Positions 10,196 through 20,800 of a stretch of 64,000 bases of DNA are shown in pieces. Under the pieces are notes generated by a model. The model did not search any database. It worked only from the letters and a program-made list of their open reading frames with translations, and had not been told where the DNA came from. Location: contig OZ242374.1 in NCBI GenBank assembly GCA_965209055.1, forward strand, positions 5,344,001 to 5,408,000. Direction: 5' to 3'. Positions within the stretch are counted from its first letter, which is position 1; each line of letters begins with the position of its first letter. The DNA is from Acidobacteriota bacterium (lineage in GTDB: Bacteria; Acidobacteriota; UBA6911; RPQK01; JAJDTT01). The position numbers and the translations under genes were made by a program.

Positions 10196-10432
10196 TGACC
10201 ATCGGGGTCGGCGTATGGGGACTCCTTGTGGGTGCCCTCTTCAGTCGAAACCGACCCTGACCAGGTCCACGCCGGGACATGGCGTGGGTGTCACGGGGTG
10301 GCCTCCGCTCGATCCCGGTCGCCTGCACCGGGAGGGCTTCTCCTTTCCATCTTGGCGGCATGAGGCGTAGTATCCTGGTAACGCGATACGGTCTTGGCCT
10401 TCCAAAACCAAATCCACGAAGGTAGGTCGCCG

Positions 10433-11647
10433 ATGCTCAAGATATCCTTTATTGCCGTTTGCCTGCTCCCTTTCCTGGTCGCGTCTGCCGCAGCTCAGCA
10501 ACAGGGACAACCGTCCGAAAAGAAACCGCCTGAGTTCCGCAGGGAGGGACAGGCCATCGATCAGGGTCGCCGCCAAAGACCGGTCTATATTCAGGGCAAA
10601 GTCGTTACGGATGATGGAATCGTGCCGACCGAGCAAGTTCTCGTCGACCTGGTTTGCAGCGGCTCCGTGTACCGGCAAAGCTACACCTCGGCCAGCGGTA
10701 CTTTCAGTTTCGAAATAGGAACTTCAAGGCAGGTTGTTCCGACAGCTTCCATGGACGCCAGTGTATCGACGCCTCCGTCCAATCTCTTCGGCTCCAATGC
10801 CAGAAAGCTCAGCGCCAAGGAACAGAACTTTGGCGGTGGTCATCCGTTGAGCTTCGATTCACTGAACCTGGCGACGTGCGAGTTGCAAGCCCATTTGCCG
10901 GGATTTCGATCCGAAAAGGTTCCCCTGGGACTCCGCAAGTCGTTGGACAATCCGGACGTGGGGCTGATCGTCTTGTACCGTCTCGGGAGCGGTCACGGCA
11001 CCGTCGTCAGCAGGAGCACACTGCAGGCACCCAAAAAGGCCAGACAAGCCTTTGACAAGGCGGTGAAAGAGCTCAGAAAAAAGAAGACCGACTATTCGAA
11101 GGCGGCACGGAGTCTGGAACGAGCCGTAAAACGGTATCCCCAATTTTCCGAGGCCTGGAATCTCCTGGGGGAAGTCCGATTGGCACTTCGGGACGGGTCC
11201 GGAGCCCGGGAGGCATTCCGGCGCTCGGTGGCCGAGGAGCCGAACTACATCACCCCCTATCTCACCCTCGCCAAGATTCAGGTGAGACGACAGGAGTGGG
11301 AAGATGTGGCCCAGCTTACGAATCGAGTCATAGAACTCAGCCCCGATCTGACACAGGCTTATTACTTTAACGCCGTGGCGGGAGTTTCCTTGGGACAGTT
11401 CGAATTGGCGGAAGAGAGAATTCGTCACGTCAGGCAGAGTAGCGAGGCCGCAAACTACCCCGTGGCCCATTACCTCTTGGGAATGATCATGGTCAAGAAA
11501 GGGGATGTCGCCGCAGCGGCCAACGAGTTTCGCCAGTTCCTGCAGGTGAATCGCAATCCGAAAATGGTGGACCCAATTAGAAAGCAGTTGCAGGAATGGG
11601 AGGAACTGGATCTGATTGCGGTCACTACGAGTGAAGAGCCCAACTGA
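10433..11647 (+). CDS. Secreted TPR protein with N-terminal carboxypeptidase-regulatory-like beta domain
   Basis: Signal peptide; IQGKVVTDDG; linker VSRSTLQAPKKARQAFDKA followed by TPRs (YPQFSEAWNLLG, SPDLTQAYYF). Confidence 0.8.
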   Translation: MLKISFIAVCLLPFLVASAAAQQQGQPSEKKPPEFRREGQAIDQGRRQRPVYIQGKVVTDDGIVPTEQVLVDLVCSGSVYRQSYTSASGTFSFEIGTSRQVVPTASMDASVSTPPSNLFGSNARKLSAKEQNFGGGHPLSFDSLNLATCELQAHLPGFRSEKVPLGLRKSLDNPDVGLIVLYRLGSGHGTVVSRSTLQAPKKARQAFDKAVKELRKKKTDYSKAARSLERAVKRYPQFSEAWNLLGEVRLALRDGSGAREAFRRSVAEEPNYITPYLTLAKIQVRRQEWEDVAQLTNRVIELSPDLTQAYYFNAVAGVSLGQFELAEERIRHVRQSSEAANYPVAHYLLGMIMVKKGDVAAAANEFRQFLQVNRNPKMVDPIRKQLQEWEELDLIAVTTSEEPN

Positions 11648-11691
11648 GTCTGGTGGGGCGGTCCCACTATTGTGCAAAGCAGTGTGGACGG

Positions 11692-11859
11692 GGATCCGTC
11701 CAGACGCAGATGGAGCAGTATCCCGCCCGGGTCGAAGAATTGGTGGCCGCCGGGGACTATACGGGCGCCCACGCCCTGATGGACAAGATTGGTGAGTTCC
11801 GCTCGCAAGAGCCACAGGTGGTGCGTTTGAGCCCAACCTGCGCGGACCAGGAGAAATGA
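11692..11859 (+). pseudogene. Gene fragment, helical repeat-like (QMEQYPARVEELVAAGDYTGAHALMDKI)
   Basis: Short amphipathic protein-like stretch with no clear RBS, preceded by two small hairpins; looks like a piece of a larger TPR-like protein. Confidence 0.3.
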
Positions 11860-11866
11860 AATCAGC

Positions 11867-12244
11867 TTATTTGAGGCTGTAGAGGTTTGTCCTCTCTGCT
11901 TCCGGCAGATTCTTGACGCGATTGTGAAGTTCGGCACAGTATTTTTTGCGGTCGAACTTCTTGGCGGCTTCTTCCAGGCGGAACTCCTGCAACAACCGAC
12001 GACAGAGAGCGTCAAGGTTCTTTTCAAAGGTAACGCCGCTGCTAAAACCGTACTTCAACCCATCGCGCGTCACGTAAAACTCGGGCCTTTTGTCGGTGTC
12101 CCACACATACGGATTCTGATCCGTCGCTCGGGCCGCGAGATTCACCCCCAAGTACCCCGTCAGGTACTTGTAGGTAACTTGCACGTAGCACCCCTTGGAG
12201 TCATCCAACTGAAACGTCTCGTCTTGGTATTTATATGCTTTCAT
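11867..12244 (-). CDS. Hypothetical protein (125 aa)
   Basis: Lys/Tyr-rich natural-looking ORF filling the gap; no recognised motif. Confidence 0.7.
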   Translation of the reverse strand: MKAYKYQDETFQLDDSKGCYVQVTYKYLTGYLGVNLAARATDQNPYVWDTDKRPEFYVTRDGLKYGFSSGVTFEKNLDALCRRLLQEFRLEEAAKKFDRKKYCAELHNRVKNLPEAERTNLYSLK

Positions 12245-12445
12245 GGGTGTTAGCTGCTCTTAAATTGAGGCCTGGAGGCATCGGGGGAAGGTGTCTCCCC
12301 TTGAGACCTGCTGACCGCCACATTTTCGGGTCAAGAACTACGGGGCTCTGCTTGGTGGCCAGGTGCTCGCTGACCGGGATTGACTCAGCGACAGCTCAAG
12401 CTCTTTCCTCCGGAGCTCCGGCGGCCAGCACCGTTGATCTCATGA

Positions 12446-12667
12446 TCACACCTCGAATTCCGAACGGGGTAGGCCGGACTGGCGAATGATCGACATCAAC
12501 GTGCCAGTGCGTAGCTCTCGGTGATCGGGCACTGGAACGGTGATCGTTCCATCGTCATCCGCTTTCTGCATCGCGATGTGGCTGCCGCGCCGCCTCACCT
12601 CCGTGAACCCATTGGCAGCGAGAATGCGGCACACCTCGCGACCGGACAGGACGCGCAGTCCAGCCAA
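12446..12667 (-). CDS. hicA: HicA-family toxin (type II TA)
   Basis: LSGREVCRILAANGF.EVRRRGSH (catalytic His), VPVPDHRELRTGTLMSIIRQSG; TTG start. Confidence 0.9.
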   Translation of the reverse strand: MAGLRVLSGREVCRILAANGFTEVRRRGSHIAMQKADDDGTITVPVPDHRELRTGTLMSIIRQSGLPRSEFEV

Positions 12668-12881
12668 CCGCGACCTCGATCTGGGTCACATAGACTTCGC
12701 CACGCAGACGGCGGTTGACTTCGTCGGTGGACGCGGTCTCGAAAAACAGGGTGAGGGCCTCGGCAAGATTGTCGCGCGCCTCGACCACCGTCTCCCCTTG
12801 GCTCGCGACATCTACCTCCGGGCAGATAGCCACATAGCCATCACCCTCGCGTTCCACGATTGCGGTCAAGTGTCTGGTCAT
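12555..12881 (-). CDS. hicB: HicB-family antitoxin (short type, apparent C-terminal read-through)
   Basis: LTAIVEREGDGYVAICPEVDVASQGETVVEARDNLAEAL; GGAG RBS before ATG 12881; expected end ..IEVAVG is followed by TGG rather than a stop. Confidence 0.88.
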   Translation of the reverse strand: MTRHLTAIVEREGDGYVAICPEVDVASQGETVVEARDNLAEALTLFFETASTDEVNRRLRGEVYVTQIEVAVGWTARPVRSRGVPHSRCQWVHGGEAARQPHRDAESG

Positions 12882-13324
12882 TACTGTCTCCCTTTCCAAG
12901 ACTGGCCGGTTCCGTGTCTCAGGTGCGTGGAGATAACTTGTAGCAAATCAGAGGTGCTCAAGTCAGGTGTTGACAAGGGTACCAGCAGGTGACTCCATCG
13001 GGGCTTCACGTGCAGTCGTTTTCTCTCAGCGGGTCCCAGATTCGCTCGAGCAATGCAGGTAGGGGAACATCGGGAATCCGTCAGCTCCGCTCTGAGTCGT
13101 CCCTCTTCTGGTTGGAGGATTCCCGCCATGATGTCGTATCCGCTGGGCACTCGCTCTCCTATTCTCTTCATCTTAACCCGTCGAGATCGACACGCCAGCG
13201 CAGGTTCGTTCGAAGGTCACGGCCACTCCCCCCGTTTGAAGAAATACCCGCTCTGCCGCGGGGCGCTGGCGGAGCCTGAACCTCGTTCCGGAGCCTATAC
13301 CGTACCCTTCTTCTGACCAAGCCA

Positions 13325-13464
13325 GGCCAACGACAACTCGGATCGCCCCTGCCGGTCACGCTCCCTGGGAAAGCCAGGGGTCCGATGGCCCAACCTCGCA
13401 CCCGTGCCGTTGTCAGTTCCTCCACCACCCGTTTCAACGACTTGGCGTTCCAAATCATCGAATC
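13325..13464 (-). pseudogene. Decayed coding remnant, possibly HEPN-like
   Basis: DSMIWNAKSLKRVVEEL, then frameshifted SDPWLSQGA* and LSLA segments; the family resemblance is from memory only. Confidence 0.25.
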
Positions 13465-13641
13465 CGTATCGCAGCCGTCATCACGGGGATGCTTTTGGGA
13501 CACCTGAGCTCTCCCTGTATTTGTGGTGCCGTTGACCCTGCTGTCAACGCCAGATCGGCTACAACCCATGCTGTGATCGGTTGTTTCCGAGTACTCCAAC
13601 GGTAAATCGGAGTGCCGGAACGGACTGGATACGGCTTCGTT

Positions 13642-14730
13642 TCAGGGTCCGTCGATACCGAACAGCTTCACCGCGTTGCCGCCCAGGATTTTTCCCATGT
13701 CGTCCGGGGCGATGAAGCCGCAGTGGTAGCGCAGGTAATCCAACGACTGGCGGTAGGTGCAAACCCGCTCGACGGCCGGCATATCCGATCCCCACATGAT
13801 CTTGCCGGCGCCGATTTCAGCATAGAGTTGCTTGATGATTTCCTGCGCCTGGGGATACGGGTACTCCCAGCGTGCGCCGTTCATGATCGGGAACAGCAGT
13901 TCCAAATGAATATTGGGAAGGCGGCAGAGTTCCAGTGCGAGGCTGCTGAGCCGGTCGTTCTCGAAGTGGTTCATCTCGAAACAGTGAGTGATGACGAAAT
14001 TGATGTCGGGCCATTTTTCGACAAATGCTCTGAACACCTGCAACTCATTGGCAAAATCGCGTGGACTGAGTTCGTTGCGGCACCGCAGGTGCCATAAGAC
14101 TGGAATCTCCAAACTGCCGACTTGTTTCCAAAACGTCCTGAATTCGGGTTGGTCATAGTAGGTCTTGTAATCGACCATGAAGAACGACTCGGTGCCGTCG
14201 AAATACAGTGCCCGCATACCGAGGCTTTCCACGCATCGGGTCAGTTCCGCGATCTGGCTGTCTTCATAGGCCCGCCATTCGTCGATTTCGGCTGCGCCCA
14301 CGAAACGGCCGGGAAACCGATTCATGGCGTCCACCACCAGGTCGTTGAGGCGGCCGTAGATGTGGGCCCGGGAAATGACGCCGACGTCGACACCGAGCTC
14401 ATCCATCTGTGCGATCATCAGTTCGGCTGGCGCCTTGAATGCCTGCAAGGCGGCGGGCATCCACTGCACGTAGTAGTCCTCGCCTTTATGGGTCCAGACC
14501 AGACGGCCATGCTCACCCGGCCGGAAGTTCACGTCGAACATGTTGCTCAGTCCGGTTCCCAGGCCGTCATGCAGCGTTCGCCGGTTCACCCGATGTTGGT
14601 CGGAAAGACGGCGAATCCCCTGCATATGCCAGAGCATGTGCCGTTGTTGGAATCGCATCCGCTCCGCGACCGTTCCATGTTCATCACGGCCCGGATGCGG
14701 CCAGACATGAGCGTGAGTGTCGACAATCAT
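13642..14730 (-). CDS. Amidohydrolase_2 family TIM-barrel hydrolase
   Basis: MIVDTHAH (HxH), PVLWH, VITH, WGSDMP, ILGGNA. Confidence 0.88.
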   Translation of the reverse strand: MIVDTHAHVWPHPGRDEHGTVAERMRFQQRHMLWHMQGIRRLSDQHRVNRRTLHDGLGTGLSNMFDVNFRPGEHGRLVWTHKGEDYYVQWMPAALQAFKAPAELMIAQMDELGVDVGVISRAHIYGRLNDLVVDAMNRFPGRFVGAAEIDEWRAYEDSQIAELTRCVESLGMRALYFDGTESFFMVDYKTYYDQPEFRTFWKQVGSLEIPVLWHLRCRNELSPRDFANELQVFRAFVEKWPDINFVITHCFEMNHFENDRLSSLALELCRLPNIHLELLFPIMNGARWEYPYPQAQEIIKQLYAEIGAGKIMWGSDMPAVERVCTYRQSLDYLRYHCGFIAPDDMGKILGGNAVKLFGIDGP

Positions 14731-14750
14731 CGTGTTGGCGGAACGAGTCG

Positions 14751-16061
14751 CTACCGGGGCATCCCCTGAAGATAAGTGCTCACTCCCTGGGTGAAATCGT
14801 CCTCGACCTGCTCGGTGAAGGGCGAGACGCGGCCGGGTTCGTAGCCGCCTTCCGCGAAAGCCTGCCGGGTGGGCAGATACCCCAGGAAACCATTCGTGTA
14901 GCCGGCAAAGAAGGTGTAGGGAAAGGGAGAATGGTTGCGTACGTTGATGGCGATCTCGCAAAACAGCTCGACCGGCGCTGTCCACAGGACGAGATCATCG
15001 TTGATCTTCAGGAAACGGACCGGGACGCGAACCAGGCTCGCTCCGGTTTCCGTCTCTCGAAGGTAGTGCGCCAGTTCCTCGACCCAGCCAAAGCCGGGCT
15101 TGCGGGGGGTCTCGATGACCGTCTCTCCAGTCCACAAGACGACCTTTGAAGTGCCGGTCTTCAGGGAGCGGTTCGCTTGCAGGATTCGATCCCCCAGCAA
15201 CACGTTGAACTGGGTAATGTGACCTTTCTTGAAATCCGGATAGGTGCTGTAGAGAGGGGATATATTCCCGGCTGCACCGTTGACGTGCAGCATCGGCACA
15301 CCCACCTTCTCCTCGACGTATTCCGACACAATCCCTTGTGCATCTCCGCTGATCAGGAGGTTCTCGGCCCCGAGAACGGTCCCGTGCATGGCATAGACGG
15401 CAACCAGGCCCAGCGGCGACCCGTCTGTCCGGTCCAGCCGAATCAGTCCGATCTGGCGGTCCACCGCTGCCTCCGGGTTCATTCCATAGGAGGCACGCCC
15501 GTCAACGTCGATGGCGCGCCGGTTGATGTTCGCCATCGAGTGACCGGTCGTCACTCCCAGGCGCGCCGGTTCCAATTTTGACCGAGCCTCCCGAATGCCC
15601 TCGATCAATCGGGCTTTCACCCATTCGGAATACTCAGGGTTGTGCTCATGCAAGAACCTCTCAGGCTGCATGCTCTTGATGAGGCCCGGCGAGCCCACCT
15701 CGGGAGCCGAGTGGGTGTGAGTCAGGGTCCACCACACCTGCTCGGACCGGATACCCGTCTCCTGTTCCAATTCCCTGCAAAACTGCTCGTAGAAGGCAGG
15801 CGAAATGGCGGCCAAGTCCGAAGAGACGAGAAAGAACTGCGTCTTCCCATCATCCATTGCAGCGATTCGATGATAGATGCGGTCGTGGACACCCTCGGAT
15901 TTCCTTGGGCCATAGCCCAATAGCCACAGCGATTCTTCCGGGGTGATATCCACCTTCACACAGGAGGCCCGAAAGTCTCCGGCGGCTCCTCCGGGAAGAG
16001 TTCCCGAAACGGCCATGACCAGGATAAGGACGAAGAATATGGAGCGGTGAAAAGATTTCAT
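14751..16061 (-). CDS. Neutral/alkaline ceramidase-like N-terminal domain protein, secreted
   Basis: KVDITP, HDRIY, THTHSAP, NINRR, YAMHGT, NGAAGN, GYTNGFLGYLPT..AFAEGGYE. Confidence 0.85.
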   Translation of the reverse strand: MKSFHRSIFFVLILVMAVSGTLPGGAAGDFRASCVKVDITPEESLWLLGYGPRKSEGVHDRIYHRIAAMDDGKTQFFLVSSDLAAISPAFYEQFCRELEQETGIRSEQVWWTLTHTHSAPEVGSPGLIKSMQPERFLHEHNPEYSEWVKARLIEGIREARSKLEPARLGVTTGHSMANINRRAIDVDGRASYGMNPEAAVDRQIGLIRLDRTDGSPLGLVAVYAMHGTVLGAENLLISGDAQGIVSEYVEEKVGVPMLHVNGAAGNISPLYSTYPDFKKGHITQFNVLLGDRILQANRSLKTGTSKVVLWTGETVIETPRKPGFGWVEELAHYLRETETGASLVRVPVRFLKINDDLVLWTAPVELFCEIAINVRNHSPFPYTFFAGYTNGFLGYLPTRQAFAEGGYEPGRVSPFTEQVEDDFTQGVSTYLQGMPR

Positions 16062-16165
16062 GGTTGGATGATGTCCCGCCGTTTCACGGTCAGAGGTTGG
16101 GAGGCTTTGAATAGATTTATACTACATCTCCTCGCCGCAGTCGGCGAGTTCGAGACGGATGGTTC

Positions 16166-17803
16166 ATGGCGGGAATCGACTGGTTCATAGTAATCGCTCT
16201 CAATCTCCTGATCTTCGGCTACGCGTCCATCCGGTCGCTCAAGACGCATTCCGACGTGGACTGGTTTCTGGGCGGACGCAGCCTGCCCTTCTGGCTGATC
16301 GGCCTTTCGATGTTCGCGACCTCGGTGGACGGCGGCGAATACGTGGCCGTCAACGGCGCGACCTACCAGGATGGCCTGGTGATGTTCACCGGGGTCGTGT
16401 TCGGGGTCGGTGTCGGGGGACTGATCGCCGCCTATGTCGTGATGCCGAACATGTACCGGGCGGGGCTGTTCACCAACGCGGAATACCTCGAGCACCGGTT
16501 CGGCATCTCGGCGAGAATCATCAGCGTTCTGGTTCAGATCCAGTACCGGACGGCCACCTTGGCGACCATCGCCGTGGCCTTACACCTCATGCTGACCGAA
16601 GTGGCTGCCCTCCCGTCCCACAGCGCTTGGATTCTGATTGTCGGATTGACCGCTGCAACGACTCTCTACGCCGCCTGGGGAGGACTGAAAACGATTGCCG
16701 CCGCAGACGTTCTGCTCGGCGCACTCATGCTCTTCTCGACTCTGGTGCTCTGGTCCGTCATCTGGCAGGAAGCCGGGGGGTGGGCCGGCACCCAGGCTGC
16801 ATTGGTCGGGCAGCTCGGTGAGCGAGAAGCCCAGAAGTTGCTGCACATCGGTAGTGGGGGCGATGCGAGCAGTCATCCAATCGTGGTGGTGCTTGGATGG
16901 TGCCTGATCGCCACCGGCTATTTTGTGGTGAACCACACTCAGACCATGAAGATGTTCGGCGCCCGATCCCTGTGGGATCTGAAGATGTCCGTCGTAGCGG
17001 GCACCACGCTGATCATTCTCTCGGGATACTTCAGCAGCTCGCTGGGACTGCTGGGGAGGGCACTGGTTCCCGGCCTGTCCAACCCGGACCTGATCTATCC
17101 CCGGCTGGTCGATCAATACCTGGTCTCCGGACTGAAGGGCATCGTCGTCGCCGGAATGATCGCGTCCGCCGTCAGTACCTTCGAAGGCATCGGAGTGGCC
17201 CTGTCCGCGCTTTTCACCCGTGACATCTACGCTCGTCTGCTGGTGCCTGACCGGGACGATCGTCACTACGTGATCGTCAGCCGGATCGCCACCGTTTTCA
17301 TCGTCGCCGTTACGTTTCTCTACGTTCCCTTTATCCTTCGCGCTGAGAACATCGTGGAGTTCTTCGTGGGCATCACAAGCATCTTCGTGACCCCTCTGAT
17401 GACCGTGTACCTGGTGGGCTCGACCACCAGAGTGGACCGGCGCGCCGGCCTTGTCGGCCTGATTGCCGGACCCGCCTTCCGGCTGTCGGTCGTCGCGCTG
17501 GAAACGCACCTTCCGCTGTGGTTGACGGACAATTTTGTGGCGTACCTATGGACGACCGGCGTGACTGCCACCTCAATGTTGATCGCATCGATGATCCTGG
17601 GCGTCGTGTCTCCGCCGGCTGCTCAGCGAAAGTCCCGAATGACGACTCAACCCTCCGGCTGGCTGGCACGTTCCCAAGGAACGGTCAGGGAGATTACTCT
17701 GTCACCGTTTCCGGGCGGCGTCCCCTGGTGGGCCTCCCCTGCCCTCTGGGCCGCCGCAGTACTGAGCACGTCGGGCTACGTCGTATTCGTGGTCCTCTGG
17801 TAG
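16166..17803 (+). CDS. Sodium:solute symporter (SSS) family transporter
   Basis: WFLGGRSLPFWLIGLSMFAT, EYLEHRF, YAAWGGLKT, GLKGIVVAGMIASAVST. Confidence 0.9.
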   Translation: MAGIDWFIVIALNLLIFGYASIRSLKTHSDVDWFLGGRSLPFWLIGLSMFATSVDGGEYVAVNGATYQDGLVMFTGVVFGVGVGGLIAAYVVMPNMYRAGLFTNAEYLEHRFGISARIISVLVQIQYRTATLATIAVALHLMLTEVAALPSHSAWILIVGLTAATTLYAAWGGLKTIAAADVLLGALMLFSTLVLWSVIWQEAGGWAGTQAALVGQLGEREAQKLLHIGSGGDASSHPIVVVLGWCLIATGYFVVNHTQTMKMFGARSLWDLKMSVVAGTTLIILSGYFSSSLGLLGRALVPGLSNPDLIYPRLVDQYLVSGLKGIVVAGMIASAVSTFEGIGVALSALFTRDIYARLLVPDRDDRHYVIVSRIATVFIVAVTFLYVPFILRAENIVEFFVGITSIFVTPLMTVYLVGSTTRVDRRAGLVGLIAGPAFRLSVVALETHLPLWLTDNFVAYLWTTGVTATSMLIASMILGVVSPPAAQRKSRMTTQPSGWLARSQGTVREITLSPFPGGVPWWASPALWAAAVLSTSGYVVFVVLW

Positions 17804-17819
17804 TGACCGGCGGTCCACG

Positions 17820-17848
17820 AAAAAAGGGGCGGAAGACCGCCCCTTTTT
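17820..17848. terminator. Bidirectional intrinsic terminator
   Basis: AAAAAAGGGGCGG-AAGA-CCGCCCCTTTTT between convergent SSS and TBDR genes. Confidence 0.85.
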
Positions 17849-17870
17849 CATTCCCAGTGTTCTCCTTGGA

Positions 17871-20800
17871 CTAGAACTCCAAGCGAAGTCCCAACTGGAT
17901 GTTCCTTGGTGGACGCGTTGCGGAGATGATTCCGAAATTGCTCGATCCTACGGAGTTGCCGAAACCGAAGAACTGGGCGCGGTTGAAGGCGTTGTAGGCC
18001 TCGGCACGGAACTGTATCCTGGCCGTTTCTCCGATGTGAAAACTCTTGGAGATATTGAGATCCCAGTTGCGGATTCCCGGCTCCAGGACCTCGCCACGGC
18101 CCGTGTTGCCGAACGTTCCCACCTCCGGATTCGCAAAGTAGTTCACGTCAAACCAGCGCAGGTTGTTGGCGCGAGGATCGAGGGTCTTCACCTTGCCTGT
18201 CCGGACCTTGTCCGGCCGGGTTGCCCACCAGAACTGACCCGTGTTGCTCCAATCCCGAGGGAACGGTCGAATGATCCTGGGGCTCCCGGATTGGAATGTG
18301 GTGATTCCACTGAGCTGCCAGCCGCCTAAGATTCCATTGATCACCGGGTGCATATCGCCCCCGAAGCGTTTGCCGCGACCCACCGGAATTTCCCAGATGT
18401 ACCCGACGCTGAGCCGGTGTTTGGCGTGGAACTGGGACAAGCCCTTCTCGGCCTTCTTGTCATACGAATTCTGGGCCCAGAATCCGGTGGCATCGTTGAG
18501 GTTGCCGTAGTCATCAAGCGTCCTGGCAAAGGTGTAGGAGGAGATGAACGAGAGGCCCCGGTCAAACCTCCGCTCCACGCGCAACAGGCCGGCATTGTAG
18601 TTGTTCTGGGCGCTGTGCTCCATGATGAAGGTGAAATTCGACAGGTCCGGATAAGGCAGCCGTGTCGTAAACGGTGTCGTGACTCCCGGGGGATCCAACT
18701 GAGCCTGATTGTAATTGATGCGGCGCTGGCCATGGTATCCGTGTGAACCCACGTAACCCACTTCCACCAGCAGGTTTCTGACGACTTCCCGCTGCACGGT
18801 CAACTGCCAGTGTTGGATGATGGCGTCGTCGAACTTCCGGGTGACCGAATGCAGCGTGGCGCCGGCCAGTGAGGGATGCCACGTGGGTCCGGTGATCTGG
18901 GGGAAATCCGCACGTGAGATATCGGCAACCGGGAACAATTTGGACATGTCATTGGTGTCCAGATCGGTAAACAAGGTCTTGGGGTTGATGAACCGCAGGA
19001 CGTTGGAGGGCGGATTCAGGGCCCCGTTGACCTGGTCGGTGGCGTCCGGCGGAGAGTAGAAGATGCCATACGAGGCGCGAATGACCGTCCTGTTGTCTCC
19101 GAAGGGGGAGTACGCAAGACCGATTCGCGGGCCCCAGTTGTTTCGGTCGGCATTGTAGTAACTCTCGCCCGGCTCGGCGGCGTCCAGGGGAGTGGGTGGG
19201 CAAGGAGTCGTGTGCTGAAAACAGCTTCCGGGAGGAGCCACGAAATCGAAAACCGCGTAATCTCCCCGGATCGCATTCCAGGGTTCGTAGTACTCATAGC
19301 GCAGGCCCATGTTCACGGTCAGCTCGGGGGAGACTCTCCAGTCATCCTGCAGGTAGAACCCCCACAGCTTCTGATTGAAGTAACCGGTGCCGTTGCCGGC
19401 CAATCCCCAGGTTTCTTGCGCCTGTCCCACCATGAAATCCGCAAATGGACTGCCCGACGCAGTATCTCCCGGGAATTGCGTGAAAATCCCGTTGAAGGTG
19501 AAGTTCCCCCGGATGCCGGCCTGAGCCAGCCAGCGCATGCGAATCTCCCGGATATCGAAGCCGAGTTTGATCGAGTGATTCCCATACCTTGTCATCAGGT
19601 TGTCGGAGATCTGGTAGGTGTTGTTCAGAGCACCGAAAGGTGCGTCCGGGGTTGGCCCGACGCGGGTGTAGTTGCTCCAGCCGAAGCTGGGCAGTCCAAA
19701 ACCGAGGGGCGAGCCGCCGATGTTCTTGAATCCGAAAACGTCTGACGAATAGTCCACATCTCCCGATCCGTCCTGTCCTCCGAACCAGTTTCCCCGGTTG
19801 TATCCGACGCGCAGCTCGTTGACGGTGGTGGGCGAAAACGTGTGGATCTCCGACATCATCGCATTGTGCATGTTGTTGTCGTTGTTGGTGCCGGAGAGAG
19901 GCACCACGTTGCCTCTTCTCTTGCGGTCGATCGACTCCATGTAGCGCCCGTAGATCTGATCGCTGTCGGAGATAACGTGATCGATGCGCACGGTCCAGAA
20001 GTTGATATCCTCCGGGTCCGACTTGGTTCCAAGGAAGTTGCTGTTTCCAGGCAGCGTCGTCCCCTCGTCGTGGGTGGGACTCGGAATCAGGTCCAGACCG
20101 ACCAGGGTCTTGGCCTGAGGACTAAGGCGGTTGCTGGGAATCTGGTTTCCCGGGAAGGGTTGCCGGGTGAATCCCGCCGGCGCGTTTGCATCCTCGACCG
20201 TCGTATAGGGATCGTAAATGGTCTGCCCCAGAGAGGAGAAATCGCCCTGGAGCCACCTGGGGTCGGGAAATCTCCCAAAGGCGGTCGCACTCTGGCGAAA
20301 ACGGGTTCCTTCGTAGGCGAAAAAGAAGAAGGTCTGGTCCCGGCCATCGTAGCCCGGTACGCGAATGGGTCCCCCGACGTTGGCGCCGAACTGGTTGTAG
20401 TTGAATGCGTTCTTGTCCGCCCCGGCGCGGTTGCTGAAAAAGCTGTTGGCGTTGAAGATGTCGTTTCGATTGTAGTTGTAGATCGCGCCACGCAATTCAT
20501 TGGTGCCGCTCTTGGTGGTGGTGATGAACTGGACCGATCCCCGGCCCTGTTCAGCCGAAAAATTATGGCTCTTGACTTTGAATTCCTGTAGCGAATCCAA
20601 GGACGGGGTGGCCGACTGGGTTTGAATCCAAACCGTATTCGAGTCGATTCCGTCTATGGTGTACGAGGTATAAGCCCCCCGCTGGCCGGCAAGCTGGTAG
20701 TAATTGCCGCGGTTCTGATTCGGTATGTATCCGGTGGCGCTGGGAACGGGAGTGACGGCGGTGGGCAACAAGGTCGCCAAGGCCTGGTAGTTGCGGGTGA

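Noticed and set aside
12915-12995. Cluster of AGGTG motifs upstream of hicB
   Set aside because: Short and irregularly spaced; cannot be distinguished from chance.
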